Below, in pieces: positions 1 through 10,466 of a stretch of 42,998 nucleotides of DNA (within the stretch, counting starts at the first letter, position 1; each line of letters begins with the position of its first letter). Source of the stretch: Oculatellaceae cyanobacterium bins.114 (GTDB taxonomy: Bacteria > Cyanobacteriota > Cyanobacteriia > Elainellales > Elainellaceae); assembly GCA_033764315.1 (NCBI GenBank), contig JANRJA010000210.1:1-42998 (forward strand), read 5' to 3'. The notes under the pieces were generated by a model. It ran no database searches. It was not told the DNA's origin and worked only from the letters and a program-made list of their open reading frames with translations. A program made the position numbers and the translations under genes.

Positions 1-650
1 GTTGCTCCATGAATCGCACACAGCAGAGCACCCCCTAAAACACCTGCCACTCCCATCATGTGGAAGGGGTTGAGGGTGAAGTTGTGGAAGCCTTGGATGA
101 ACAAAATGAAACGGAAAATGGCAGCAACTCCAAAGCTGGGCGCAAAAAACCAACCCGATTGACCCAATGGGTACATCAAAAAGACGCTGACAAACACCGC
201 AATCGGCGCGGAAAACGCCAGCGCGTTGTAAGGACGAATCCCCACTAAGCGAGCAATCTCAAACTGTCGCAGCATGAAGCCAATCAACGCAAAGGCTCCA
301 TGCAGGGCGATGAAAGCCCACAAGCCGCCGAGCTGACACCACCGGGTGAAATCCCACTGGGCTTCAGGGCCCCACAAAAACAGTAAGGAGTGACCCAAAC
401 TGTTAGCCGGGGTGGAGACCGCAACGGTCAAAAAGTTGCAGCCTTCTAAATAAGAGCTTGCCAATCCGTGGGTGTACCACGAGGTGACAAAGGTGGTTCC
501 AGTCAACCAGCCACCCAGTGCTAAATAAGCACAGGGAAACAGCAGGATGCCTGACCAGCCAACGAATACAAATCTATCGCGCTTGAGCCAGTCGTCGAGG
601 ACGTCAAACCATCCTCGCTCTGCTTGCGCGCGCCCCATTGCTATGGTCAT
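1..650 (-). CDS. psbD: Photosystem II reaction centre protein D2 (5' part; runs off the left edge)
   Basis: Not in the ORF track. Manual minus-strand translation from ATG at 650 gives [34 protein letters not shown]...[23 protein letters not shown]...[29 protein letters not shown], which is clearly D2. Confidence 0.99.
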   Translation of the reverse strand, partial: MTIAMGRAQAERGWFDVLDDWLKRDRFVFVGWSGILLFPCAYLALGGWLTGTTFVTSWYTHGLASSYLEGCNFLTVAVSTPANSLGHSLLFLWGPEAQWDFTRWCQLGGLWAFIALHGAFALIGFMLRQFEIARLVGIRPYNALAFSAPIAVFVSVFLMYPLGQSGWFFAPSFGVAAIFRFILFIQGFHNFTLNPFHMMGVAGVLGGALLCAIHGA

Positions 651-1102
651 CTCATAACCTCTTAATATTGCAGGGAGTTCTCTAAATCCCTACAGTACAA
701 AATTTTCAACAAGAGTGAAAGTGTCTGTAGGTGCGAGCTTTAGGGTTGGGTTCTGGTGCGGTTGGCTGAAAGCAGCGTTGATGACGCTCAGGCGCAGGCT
801 CAATTGCCCTTGCCAAATCCAGTTCACCGCTCATCTATATTCAAGAATGACAGATGAGGGATGCCAGAATAAATTGAATGTTTCTATATGATAAGGAGAG
901 ACGATAAATTTTACAATCTGATACGTAATTTCTCAGCAATTTATTGGCTAATTGGGTTTAGGGGTAAGTATTTATCCTTACTATTCGTTTCTGATTATTA
1001 ACTCTGCCGACGCAGAAGTCTTGCTGCAATAGATAATAGATCGTGTAAGCGGTCAAAATTGTTTGGCTCTTGTGAATCTTTCAAACCTTTTAGCAACTGC
1101 TC

Positions 1103-1669
1103 ATGACTGCATCGACTACATCCACTGAAAATCATTTGTTGCGCCAACGAGTAATCGGTGCTCGTCGTTTTAGCAATTATTGGTGGGCAACCATCATTTT
1201 GGTTGGCGCGTCTGGCTTCTTGTTATCGAGTATTTCCAGTTACTTGCATGTCAACCTGCTTCCCCTGAGCGATGCTACAGAGTTGATTTTTGTGCCGCAG
1301 GGCTTGGTGATGGGGTTGTATGGTTCGGCGGGTCTGTTGCTCTCGCTGTATTTGTGGCTAATTATTCTCTGGGATGTTGGGGGTGGCTACAACGAGTTCA
1401 ATCGCGATACGGGAACGGTGCAAATTTTTCGGTGGGGCTTTCCAGGGAAGAACCGTCGAATTGAGTTAAATTATCAAATCGAAGATGTGCAGGCTGTCAA
1501 CGTGATGGTACGAGAAGGGCTGAATCCCCTTCGGGCACTTTATTTGCGGATTAAAGGGAAAGGCGATATTCCTTTAACTCGAGTAGGGCAACCAATGGCA
1601 TTGGCAGAGCTAGAGACCCAAGGAGCAGAACTGGCCCGGTTTTTGAGAGTTCCTCTAGAAGGGCTTTAG
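1103..1669 (+). CDS. ycf4: Photosystem I assembly protein Ycf4
   Basis: GARRFSNYWWA, FVPQGLVMGLYG, FRWGFPGKNRRI and IPLTRVGQP motifs; 188 aa; divergent from psbD. Confidence 0.97.
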   Translation: MTASTTSTENHLLRQRVIGARRFSNYWWATIILVGASGFLLSSISSYLHVNLLPLSDATELIFVPQGLVMGLYGSAGLLLSLYLWLIILWDVGGGYNEFNRDTGTVQIFRWGFPGKNRRIELNYQIEDVQAVNVMVREGLNPLRALYLRIKGKGDIPLTRVGQPMALAELETQGAELARFLRVPLEGL

Positions 1670-1965
1670 AGGGCAGAAGGGCACCCCCCCGATGGCTTGT
1701 TTGGTGCTAATGCTTAAAAAATAATTGGCAAAATTGTGCAAATCATAGATTTTTATAATGGTTTGCGACTTTTTGTAACATGAGTTGTGGGTTTACAGAG
1801 CTTTAGAGGAGACAGTGAGGTCAACTGGGGAACGTTGGTGATGAGGCTGGCGATCGCCTCTTTACCTACCTAGTTATTCGATCCTCTTCCCACTTTAGGA
1901 GTGCAAGCGGTAACTTCGAGCGTGTCAGAATCGTCATTGCAATGTGTTGAAGTGGAAAATGACTT

Positions 1966-2742
1966 ATGCGAATTCGTCAATGGTTTGTGACTGCCCTGCT
2001 GATCGGTGCTGTTTTACTGGGTGGATGTTCGTCGCAGGGTAGTTCACCTACCGCGAGTCCTTCTGCGGCGGCAACCACAGCTCAAGCCTCACCCGCTCCG
2101 GTTGCGACCCCAACTCCTGCTAATACCCCAACCTCAGGGATGGCTGGGTTGCGCCGACTTCAGGGGAAAGCCACGATAGAGATGGTTGTCAAGGGATCGG
2201 CGATCGTCATTGAAGTAAACGGGGACGATGCACCTGTCACGGCTGGAAATTTCGTTGATTTGGTAAATCAAGGGGTCTATAACGGATTGGCATTTCATCG
2301 TGTGATTCGTCAACCCGAACCCTTTGTAGTGCAGGGAGGCGACCCTCAAAGCAAAGATCCTAATTTCCCGATTGCTCAGTTAGGAACGGGCGGATATACG
2401 GATCCCGCCACCAATGCGCCGCGCTATATTCCTTTAGAAATTAAGCCGGAGGGAGCGACGGAACCCATTTATGGTCAAACGTTGGCCGATGCTGGTGTCT
2501 CTGATCCTCCTGTGTTAAAGCATGAACGAGGGGCAGTGGCAATGGCGCGATCGCAATTTCCTGATTCGGCATCGTCTCAGTTTTACTTTGCCTTGGCCGA
2601 TTTAGCCTTTTTAGATGGCAGCTATGCGGTGTTTGGCAAGGTCACATCGGGGATGGAAGTGGTTGATCAGATTGAACAGGGCGATCGAATTGAGACGGCT
2701 AAAGTCACAGCGGGTTTAGAAAATCTGCAAGCGGCTCAATAG
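1966..2742 (+). CDS. Cyclophilin-type peptidyl-prolyl isomerase, lipoprotein
   Basis: APVTAGNFVDLV, FHRV, VVQGGDP, GAVAMARS, SASSQFYF and YAVFGKV motifs; lipobox LLGGC followed by an Ala/Pro/Thr linker. Confidence 0.93.
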   Translation: MRIRQWFVTALLIGAVLLGGCSSQGSSPTASPSAAATTAQASPAPVATPTPANTPTSGMAGLRRLQGKATIEMVVKGSAIVIEVNGDDAPVTAGNFVDLVNQGVYNGLAFHRVIRQPEPFVVQGGDPQSKDPNFPIAQLGTGGYTDPATNAPRYIPLEIKPEGATEPIYGQTLADAGVSDPPVLKHERGAVAMARSQFPDSASSQFYFALADLAFLDGSYAVFGKVTSGMEVVDQIEQGDRIETAKVTAGLENLQAAQ

Positions 2743-2762
2743 ATAAGGTGAGCCTGTGATGT

Positions 2763-2792
2763 CGCAGGGGCGTTTCGCGAAACGCCCCTACG
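2763..2792. repeat. REP-like palindrome between convergent genes
   Basis: CGCAGGGGCGTTTCGCGAAACGCCCCTACG; on the minus strand it reads GTAG followed by a hairpin. Confidence 0.75.
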
Positions 2793-2845
2793 TAGCTATC
2801 TGCCACAATCAAACCTTAAAGCGGTATCACTTCATCCCTTTGAGA

Positions 2846-4330
2846 TCAGCTTTTTCTCAGCTCTACCAATCCGGTATAGGCTTCCATCCCGTGTTCGCTG
2901 ATATCCAATCCTCGCAGTTCTTCTCCGGGTGACACTCGAATGCCCAATGTTCCTTTAATGGCTAACCACGCTGCCAAACTAAACAGGCAACTAAACCCGC
3001 CAACGGCAATAACGCCGATCAGTTGGGCAAACAGTTGTTGAAGTCCGCCACCGAACAATACCCCCATTGCAGGTCCCGCCCCCTCTGTGTACCAAGAATA
3101 GACACCGGGTCCGGCACTAAACAGACCAACGGCTAACGTGCCCCAAATGCCACAGACAAGATGAACTGAGACGGCTCCGACCGGGTCATCTACTTTTAAG
3201 CTATCAATGATAGTGACCGAGAAGACAACTAGCACCCCAGCGATTAAGCCAATAAAGAAAGAACTGCCAACACTGACAAAAGCGGCGGAGGCGGTCACTC
3301 CGACTAACCCTGCCAAAATGCCGTTGATAATCATAGACAGGTCAGGTTTACCCAAATAAAGCCATGAGGTCAGGGTTGCGGCAAGCCCCCCCACCGCTCC
3401 AGCCGTGTTAGTCGTCAACAAAATATGCCCGATTGCCTCTGGGTCAGCTGCGAGAGTTGATCCTGGATTGAAGCCAAACCAGCCTAACCACAAAATTAGA
3501 CATCCTAGCGTTGAGATGCTGAGGTTGTGACCCGGCATGGCAATTCCGCCGCTCTCTTTGTAGCGACCTAGTCGTGCTCCTAACAAGAGAGCACCGATTA
3601 AACCTGCCCAACCGCCCACCGAGTGAACCACCGTAGAGCCTGCAAAATCCCAAAAGCCTAGTTGAGCCAGCCAACCACCGCCCCAAATCCAGTGTCCTGT
3701 GATGGGGTAAGAAACGCCAACTAATAGCAGGCTAAACAGTAAAAACGCCAGAAATTTGATGCGTTCTGCAACGGCTCCTGACACAATGGTGGCGGCTGTT
3801 CCGGCAAACACCAGTTGAAAGAAAAATTTAATCGAAAGCGGAATGCTCGCCCAACTTAATGAGCTAAAGACTCCTTCATAAGCCTCGCCTGTTAAGGGAC
3901 TATTATCTGCCCCTTGGAGCAAAAAGCCAGAAGTGCCAAAAAATGGAGTGCCATCTCCAAACATTAAGGCAAAGCCAATTGTCCAATAAGCTAGGGTCGA
4001 TAGGGCAAAGACGATGAGGTTTTTGGCTAACAGGTTAACAGCATTTTTGCTACGGCAAAATCCGGTTTCTAGCATACAAAAACCAGCATTCATAAAGAAC
4101 ACTAGACATCCGGTAATAACGACCCAAAGGCTGTCTAAGATGACCTCAATCTCAAAAGGAATCTCGTTTGGTAGAGCGTCTTGGGCGATCGCTGCACTGC
4201 TCCAAGCAAAGACGATTCCTACGGCAATTAATAAGCAAAACCGCCAGTTTGAGAGGGAATAAGATCTACGAAAAAGTTTTCTGACAGGTTTCAAACCATG
4301 TTGAGCAATTGATTGCAACCACCTATACAT
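2846..4330 (-). CDS. amt: Ammonium transporter (Amt)
   Basis: [65 protein letters not shown] and GLDISEHG motifs. Confidence 0.97.
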   Translation of the reverse strand: MYRWLQSIAQHGLKPVRKLFRRSYSLSNWRFCLLIAVGIVFAWSSAAIAQDALPNEIPFEIEVILDSLWVVITGCLVFFMNAGFCMLETGFCRSKNAVNLLAKNLIVFALSTLAYWTIGFALMFGDGTPFFGTSGFLLQGADNSPLTGEAYEGVFSSLSWASIPLSIKFFFQLVFAGTAATIVSGAVAERIKFLAFLLFSLLLVGVSYPITGHWIWGGGWLAQLGFWDFAGSTVVHSVGGWAGLIGALLLGARLGRYKESGGIAMPGHNLSISTLGCLILWLGWFGFNPGSTLAADPEAIGHILLTTNTAGAVGGLAATLTSWLYLGKPDLSMIINGILAGLVGVTASAAFVSVGSSFFIGLIAGVLVVFSVTIIDSLKVDDPVGAVSVHLVCGIWGTLAVGLFSAGPGVYSWYTEGAGPAMGVLFGGGLQQLFAQLIGVIAVGGFSCLFSLAAWLAIKGTLGIRVSPGEELRGLDISEHGMEAYTGLVELRKS

Positions 4331-4401
4331 GAACTACGATACCTCCAAGATAAGTCAGGGTTCTCTTGATAGGTAGATGCTTAAGCTATGACTGGTTTAA
4401 T

Positions 4402-4450
4402 CTATCATTGATTACATGAAATGCAATTCTCTGAATGCATTGGTTGATAC
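4402..4450 (-). promoter_or_regulatory. Two possible NtcA-like sites upstream of amt
   Basis: Minus-strand GTA-N8-TGC (4437-4450) and GTA-N8-TAG (4402-4415), each one mismatch from GTA-N8-TAC. No clean -10 element at canonical spacing. Confidence 0.3.
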
Positions 4451-4856
4451 CAATTTGCAAATCTATTTCGAGTATCGTAATTTTTGGATTGGCTTAAACC
4501 TTTTTAAGGATGGACGTTAGAGCGATCGCCAGCTGCATAAGATTCCTTGATTCTTGACCTAATATCAATGTGAAGAAATGGTGTTTCTTTGTAAGATCTA
4601 AACAGAGAAATATGAGTGTTAGGAATATTTGAAAATTTGAAGAAAATTTGTTAAAGGATACTGATCCGGCTCTATAGTAACTGAAAGAGTAATCAGCAGT
4701 GCTTTAACTTTCATTCATACGAATTTGTATGGATGTAATCATTCGCATTCATGTTCGTAGTCAGGGTGATCGGATTCAGGCACTTAATGACCGGGTGCAC
4801 GTCATACAGTGTTCGTTCAGGTGCGCTTTGTTCAGTTCTCTAGCTGATTTCCATTG

Positions 4857-5645
4857 ATGGCTGACTCGCAACGCTTGGTGTTAATGATTCAACCGACTCG
4901 GCTTCAAGGGCTGATTTGGCAAGCTGTCTTGAAGTCTCAACAGCTTGCTGTAATTTGGGAATCACCGGAAACCAACTTAGAAGAAAATCTGAGTCAATTG
5001 CAGCAAGCTGGTCTGGCACTCCCTGATTTGTTATTGGTTGATGTCAGGCTCCGCAACTTTAATCCCTATGCTTTTTGCCGTTGGTGTCGCGACCATTGTC
5101 CTGACATCAAAGTGGTTCTTATCAACGCGTCTAAAAAAGAGATCATCCCATCTGAACGCCAATGGGCCGTTTTGCAAGGGGCAGCCGATCTATTGCCAGC
5201 GTTTGATCCAGAAAACTTGGTGACAACAGTTGCAGATGGAGTCAAGCGGGTTCTCAAAGTTTTAGATGAGCAATCTCTCAACAATGGGGCATTAATTTCA
5301 GTACTGCTTAACATCAAGCGAGAGCTAGAGCGTCGAGGCAGTGGCTCAGATCCGGCTCATAATGGTGGCGATGTGACGCGCAGCAGTTCTCCTAATGGAG
5401 CGATCGCCCCTACCTTAGAAGAACCGTCTGGTCCTTTGAGCAAAATCAAGGATAACCGCTCCATTATTCCTAAGTTAATCAAAAATTCACCTCCACCCCC
5501 TCCTCCCAAGCAGATCAACCCCGCTCACAATGGGCATGCCAACCCTGACTTAAGCAACATTGATGCAGAGTCAGTCGTCGCAGATGATGACATCCCAACG
5601 GACGACCCACCCCCAACCCGCATGTATCGGGGCAGAAAGTATTAG
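4857..5645 (+). CDS. Atypical receiver-domain protein with a disordered C-terminus
   Basis: Receiver-like pattern PDLLLVD...FCRWCRDHCPDIKVVLI...QGAADLLP; Pro/Asp-rich tail ending RMYRGRKY. Confidence 0.7.
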   Translation: MADSQRLVLMIQPTRLQGLIWQAVLKSQQLAVIWESPETNLEENLSQLQQAGLALPDLLLVDVRLRNFNPYAFCRWCRDHCPDIKVVLINASKKEIIPSERQWAVLQGAADLLPAFDPENLVTTVADGVKRVLKVLDEQSLNNGALISVLLNIKRELERRGSGSDPAHNGGDVTRSSSPNGAIAPTLEEPSGPLSKIKDNRSIIPKLIKNSPPPPPPKQINPAHNGHANPDLSNIDAESVVADDDIPTDDPPPTRMYRGRKY

Positions 5646-5873
5646 GTTAGAAGGGACGAGGGCTGCCGTTAACGACCTTAAGCATGACGGTGACAGGTCA
5701 ACGGTTAGGGGCATTTTGCGACACACCCCCGATCGGGATCTTGATGCGTAGTCCACCTGGCTAAAAATGGTATAACCCTTAAGAAGGATTGATCTTGACT
5801 AAGTTTAATTAAGAAGAGTGAAGAGAGACACGGTAGGATCAAAGAGTGGCTGTATTTCTCGTGGTCTGATTCA

Positions 5874-7469
5874 ATGACCTCAACCAACCCTGTAGTAGAA
5901 CAGATTCTGACATCGATTCCTGGCACTGCTTTGGAAAACTTGCGGCAGGTCGATCGCCTCTGGCAGGGCTATAAGCAAGACACCCTGCCGTTGATCGAGG
6001 TAGTCAAGCAAAACCCTGAATCACTGGATGCTGTTGATTGGGATGTCGTGATTTGTGGGGGAACCCTGGGGATCTTGTTAGGGGTGGCATTGGCTCAACA
6101 CGGTTGGAAAATAGCTCTGCTAGAACGGGGAGTGCTCCGAGGACGTGAACAGGAGTGGAATATCTCTCAGCGAGAATTAACAGAATTGGTGGAGTTAGGG
6201 CTGCTGTCGGCTGAAGAGTTGGAACGTGCGATCGCCACAGAATACAATCCGGCTCGACTCGGCTTTCACTCCGATGCCTCTGGTGACGTGGAACTGTGGG
6301 TGAATGACATTCTCAACATTGGAGTCAGCCCGGTGACTCTGCTGGAACTGCTCAAACACAAATTTCTTGAGGCCGGGGGGCAATTATTTGAGCACACTCC
6401 GTTTAATGGCATGGTGGTACACCCTAATGGGGTCAACGTGCAGGCAGGCACATCGTTTAAAACTCGACTAGTCCTCGATGCTATGGGGCACTTTTCGCCG
6501 ATCGCTCGTCAGGCACGGGGGGGACGCAAGCCCGATGCAGTGTGTGTAGTAGTGGGCAGTTGTGCCCAGGGGTTTCCCAACAACGACACAGGAGATTTGT
6601 TTGTCTCCTTTACGCCGATGCAGAACCAGTGTCAATACTTTTGGGAGGCGTTTCCGGCTCACGATGGTAGAACCACATACCTCTTTACCTATCTAGATGC
6701 AGCGGGCAATCGCCCCAGTCTGGAAGACTTTTTTGCCGATTATCTTCACCTGTTGCCGCGATATCAAGCTGTTGAGTTGTCTCAACTCCAGTTTCAACGA
6801 GCCTTATTTGGCTTTTTTCCGTGCTATCGCGACAGTCCATTACAGCCTCCCTGGAATCGAGTTTTAGCGGTAGGCGATAGCAGTGGTGGTCAATCTCCAC
6901 TGAGCTTTGGGGGATTTGGGGCAATGATTCGCCATCTCAAACGGCTGTCATTTGGCATTCACTCAGCCTTGCAAGCTGATGTGCTCGATCGCGAAGCTCT
7001 TGGCTGGTTGCAGCCCTATCAACCCAATTTGTCTGTTACCTGGCTGTTTCAACGGGCCATGAGTGCCAGGATCAATCAAACCGTTGATCTCAATCAGGTA
7101 AATATGTTGCTGACGGCTGTGTTTCAGCAGATGGCGGCATTAGGAGATGCCGTGCTTAACCCATTTTTGCAAGATGTGGTGCAGTTTTCGGCACTCTCAC
7201 AAACGTTGCTGAGAACCGCGATCGCCCATCCTGGTTTGGTACTCAAAATCATTCCTCACGTTGGGGTGCTGACGTTATTGGAATGGCTGGTGCACTACCT
7301 CAATTTGGGGCTATACACGGGCTTATATCACAGCTTTAAGCCCTTGAAACCCTGGTTTGATCAATTACCTGAGCGATTTGGCTGGAAGGGCAACTATTTT
7401 GCCCCACGCTTTTATTGCCAACGCCTTTTAGAGGCATGGCAATACGGTTCTGGGAACGACTACAGCTAG
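5874..7469 (+). CDS. cruP: CruA/CruP-family FAD-dependent lycopene cyclase-like protein
   Basis: WDVVICGGTLG FAD motif, REQEWNIS, DAMGHFSPI and GDSSGGQSPLSFGGFG; 531 aa fits CruP better than the longer CruA. Confidence 0.7.
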   Translation: MTSTNPVVEQILTSIPGTALENLRQVDRLWQGYKQDTLPLIEVVKQNPESLDAVDWDVVICGGTLGILLGVALAQHGWKIALLERGVLRGREQEWNISQRELTELVELGLLSAEELERAIATEYNPARLGFHSDASGDVELWVNDILNIGVSPVTLLELLKHKFLEAGGQLFEHTPFNGMVVHPNGVNVQAGTSFKTRLVLDAMGHFSPIARQARGGRKPDAVCVVVGSCAQGFPNNDTGDLFVSFTPMQNQCQYFWEAFPAHDGRTTYLFTYLDAAGNRPSLEDFFADYLHLLPRYQAVELSQLQFQRALFGFFPCYRDSPLQPPWNRVLAVGDSSGGQSPLSFGGFGAMIRHLKRLSFGIHSALQADVLDREALGWLQPYQPNLSVTWLFQRAMSARINQTVDLNQVNMLLTAVFQQMAALGDAVLNPFLQDVVQFSALSQTLLRTAIAHPGLVLKIIPHVGVLTLLEWLVHYLNLGLYTGLYHSFKPLKPWFDQLPERFGWKGNYFAPRFYCQRLLEAWQYGSGNDYS

Positions 7470-7621
7470 ATAAATAATAGCTATAGAATTCCCAATGAGG
7501 ATGTGATAGGTCATGATTGCGGGGCAGACGGGCAGTGCTCATTAACCCACAAGCATGACCGAGAGATGCTACCAGATCTATGACTGGGGCATGAATGTAA
7601 GTTGGTGTGAGGCTTTTTCCC

Positions 7622-9301
7622 ATGACAAATCTTTTATTCTCGCTGTTGAACCTTGTTATCGAAGCATCGCGGGCAAAATTTGTGCGTCAAACGCGCCAGA
7701 CTGCCGCCGTTCAAGAAAAATTTTTGCTGACCCTCCTGCGAGCCTACCAAAACACAGCATTGGGGCGCGATTTTGGGTTAGCTGACATTAAAACGGTGGA
7801 TCAGTTTCGGGAACGGGTGCCAATTTTGCCCTATAGCCAATATGAGCCATATATCGAACGGGTAGCGCAGGGTGAACCCAACATTTTGACCCCTGACCCA
7901 GTCGTGTATTTGAATTTGACCAGTGGCTCAACAGGTAAACAAAAGCTGGTACCTGTCACTAAGCGATCGCGCCAAATATTGCAACGCGCCCAACAAACCA
8001 GCATGGGGTTTGGAGCCGCTGCCGCCCGCAAACGAGGTTTGCCCATTGGTAGACTGTTACTGACCAGTTCGGTGCAACTCTTGGGTCGTACTAGCGGCGG
8101 CATTGAATATGGGCCAGTCAGTGTAGGCAACTTGCGCCACAGCAATCTATTTTATCGGCAAATCTTTGCTCAACCCTTTGAGGCACTGCAAGCGACGGAT
8201 AGCCTGACTCGGCATTATCTCTGTCTCTTGTTTGCGCTCCGCGATCGCGAAGTATCCGCAATTGGGGCAAACTTTCCAGTGCTGGCACTGCGGTTGTGTG
8301 ACTATCTGGAGTGTCATGGCGAAGATTTAATTCAGGATATGGAGTCAGGAACGATCGCTCCCTGGCTTAAATTGGAACCGGAACTGCGCGTCAAGCTAGA
8401 AAAAATGTGGTCAGCAGATCCCAAACGAGCCGCTGAGCTGCGCCAATTTTTGAAGGCAGAAGGTCGCTTGATCCCGAAATCAATCTGGCCCAAATTATCG
8501 GTTGTGACGACTGCACGGGGCGGCACGTCTAATTTCTATTTCGAGAGATTTCCAACCTATTTTGGCGACACTCCCATTTTTGGTGGCATCTATGCCTCTG
8601 CTGAAGCGACTTTTGGGGTTTACCACGAGTTTAATAATGACGGCACGATTTTGGCGATCGAGAGTGGTTTCTTTGAGTTCATTCCCGAAGATCAGTGGGA
8701 GTTTGAGCAACCCAAGACCCTATTAGCCGAAGAAGTCACTCCTGGACAGTATTACCGTATTCTTGTGACCAACTACAACGGCTTATATCGCTATGACATT
8801 GGTGATGTGGTTGAGGTGTTGGGCTTTTATGAAAAAGCACCTGTACTCGTCTTTCGGCATCGGTTGGGTGGGTTGCTCTCCTCCACAACTGAAAAGACCA
8901 CTGAGTTTCATGCCACTCAAGTGATGCAACTGTTGCAGCAAGAATTCAACGTTCCCCTTGAAAACTTCTGCATCACCTTGTCAGATGATGTTGTTCCGGC
9001 TCCCTATCTGGTCAATATTGAGTTGCCAGCAGGCCATACCTTGCCTGACCCAAAAGCCTTTTTGTCGCAGTTTGATCACCGTCTTAAAGAGATTCACGTC
9101 TCTTATGAAGTCAAGCGGCGCGATCAGGTGCCCCCTCCACGATTGCGAATTTTAGAACAGGGTAGCTTTGCCGAAGTGCGGCAACGGTTGCTAAGACGGG
9201 GCATTCCAGAATCACAACTGAAATTTCCCCACATTAGTGAAGATCGGAAGATTTTATCAGGACTGCGGGTTGAAAAAGAAGTGAGGTTGGTGGAAGGGTA
9301 A
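7622..9301 (+). CDS. GH3-family acyl-adenylate/amido synthetase
   Basis: LTSGSTGKQKLVP (motif I), YASAE (motif II), YRYDIGD (motif III) and FFEFIP. The ATG at 7622 is preferred to the GTG at 7607. Confidence 0.9.
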   Translation: MTNLLFSLLNLVIEASRAKFVRQTRQTAAVQEKFLLTLLRAYQNTALGRDFGLADIKTVDQFRERVPILPYSQYEPYIERVAQGEPNILTPDPVVYLNLTSGSTGKQKLVPVTKRSRQILQRAQQTSMGFGAAAARKRGLPIGRLLLTSSVQLLGRTSGGIEYGPVSVGNLRHSNLFYRQIFAQPFEALQATDSLTRHYLCLLFALRDREVSAIGANFPVLALRLCDYLECHGEDLIQDMESGTIAPWLKLEPELRVKLEKMWSADPKRAAELRQFLKAEGRLIPKSIWPKLSVVTTARGGTSNFYFERFPTYFGDTPIFGGIYASAEATFGVYHEFNNDGTILAIESGFFEFIPEDQWEFEQPKTLLAEEVTPGQYYRILVTNYNGLYRYDIGDVVEVLGFYEKAPVLVFRHRLGGLLSSTTEKTTEFHATQVMQLLQQEFNVPLENFCITLSDDVVPAPYLVNIELPAGHTLPDPKAFLSQFDHRLKEIHVSYEVKRRDQVPPPRLRILEQGSFAEVRQRLLRRGIPESQLKFPHISEDRKILSGLRVEKEVRLVEG

Positions 9302-9313
9302 AGAGGTGGAAGA

Positions 9314-9440
9314 GTGAAAGGGTGAAAGGGTGAAAGGGTGAAAGGGTGAAAGGGTGAAGAGGTTCTGAAGTTTGAGGGTTGAATGTTGAGTTGAAGCTTT
9401 CACTTGAGAATTCAAAACTCAAAACTCAAAACTCAAAACT
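9314..9440. repeat. Short tandem repeats: about five GTGAAAGG and four CAAAACT (STRR-like)
   Basis: Octamer run at 9314-9358 and heptamer run at 9413-9440, both read directly. Confidence 0.9.
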
Positions 9441-9629
9441 CTCTCTAACATACACACCCTTCCCCTTGGCTCTATTTTGGTTGGTGGCTTGTGAAAGTCT
9501 CTCATATGGCAACTGTTGAGACAGTTGAGACAAAGGAGGGCAGGGGTTCCACCGCCCTAATCAACCCTTTGATGGCTATATCAAACCAGAGAAACATCGT
9601 AAAAGTTTGCAGAATGGGTGAGGTTGTAA

Positions 9630-10343
9630 ATGGGTAAGCTGATTAGTCAAGTTATTAAAAAGTTAGAAGGTCTAGTGCCTCAATATTCCAAAGTGGGAAA
9701 TTCGGTGTTTTTTACGACTGACCAATTTCCCTGGTCAAAGATGTTGGAAGCCAATTGGAAGGTAATTCGCGAAGAGTTGGATGACGTCATGGAGCACACA
9801 GATGCGCTTCCCAATTTTCAGGATATTTCCCCACGTCAGCACCGCATTGCCAATGACAACCGTTGGAAGACTTACTTCTTTTGGGCATTTGGGTTTAAGT
9901 CAAAGGTCAACTGCGATCGCTGCCATGAAACCACAAAGTTACTCAAAAAGATTCCAGGCTTGAAGGTTGCCTTTTTTTCAATTTTGGCTCCGGGGAAGCA
10001 TATTCCCGAACACTACGGCAAGCACAAAGGGCTGATTCGCTATCACCTAGGCTTGAAAGTGCCAGAACCGCGAGAAAAGTGCCGCATTCGGGTGGCAGAT
10101 CAAATTGCTCATTGGGAAGAAGGCAAGAGCTTGCTGTTTGATGACACCTATATGCACGAAGTTTGGAATGACACGGATGGCTATCGAGCCGTGTTGTTTT
10201 TAGACATTGCTCGACCGATGCGGTTTCCGCTCAATCTGGTGAATGCGATCGCCTGTTACATCCTCGCACTTTCTCCGGTGGTGCAAGTCGCACGGGGCAA
10301 CCACGAAAGTTGGGAGAAGCAGTTTGAGAAGATGATGCGCTAA
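9630..10343 (+). CDS. Aspartyl/asparaginyl beta-hydroxylase family 2OG-Fe(II) dioxygenase
   Basis: LEANWKVIREE, WKTYFF, FSILAPGKHIPEH, RYHLGLKVP, WEEGKSLLFDDTYMHEVWN and YRAVLFLD motifs. Confidence 0.9.
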   Translation: MGKLISQVIKKLEGLVPQYSKVGNSVFFTTDQFPWSKMLEANWKVIREELDDVMEHTDALPNFQDISPRQHRIANDNRWKTYFFWAFGFKSKVNCDRCHETTKLLKKIPGLKVAFFSILAPGKHIPEHYGKHKGLIRYHLGLKVPEPREKCRIRVADQIAHWEEGKSLLFDDTYMHEVWNDTDGYRAVLFLDIARPMRFPLNLVNAIACYILALSPVVQVARGNHESWEKQFEKMMR

Positions 10344-10394
10344 GGAAAAGCAGAGTGTAGCGGGAGAGGGCTGGAGGTGATGTAAGGATGAAGT

Positions 10395-10466
10395 GTTGAG
10401 TTTTGAAGGTTGAGTTTTGAAGGTTGAGCTGCACTTTCTAATTCAAAATTCAACACTGAGAATTCA
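10395..10466. repeat. STRR-like tandem repeat GTTGAGTTTTGAAG (about 2.4 copies) with a partly complementary arm
   Basis: Read directly; the arm ATTCAAAATTCAAC follows at 10441. Confidence 0.75.

Noticed and set aside
60-248. 62-aa plus-strand ORF
   Set aside because: Antisense to psbD.
1-650. psbD as part of a far-red (FaRLiP) cluster
   Set aside because: It is linked to ycf4 and the cyclophilin, and no rfp, apc or chlF genes appear in the window.
9234-9422. Small ORFs over repeats (also 10231-10434, 15761-15955 and 30702-30896)
   Set aside because: They are open only because of stop-poor repeat or MITE sequence and have no coding signals.
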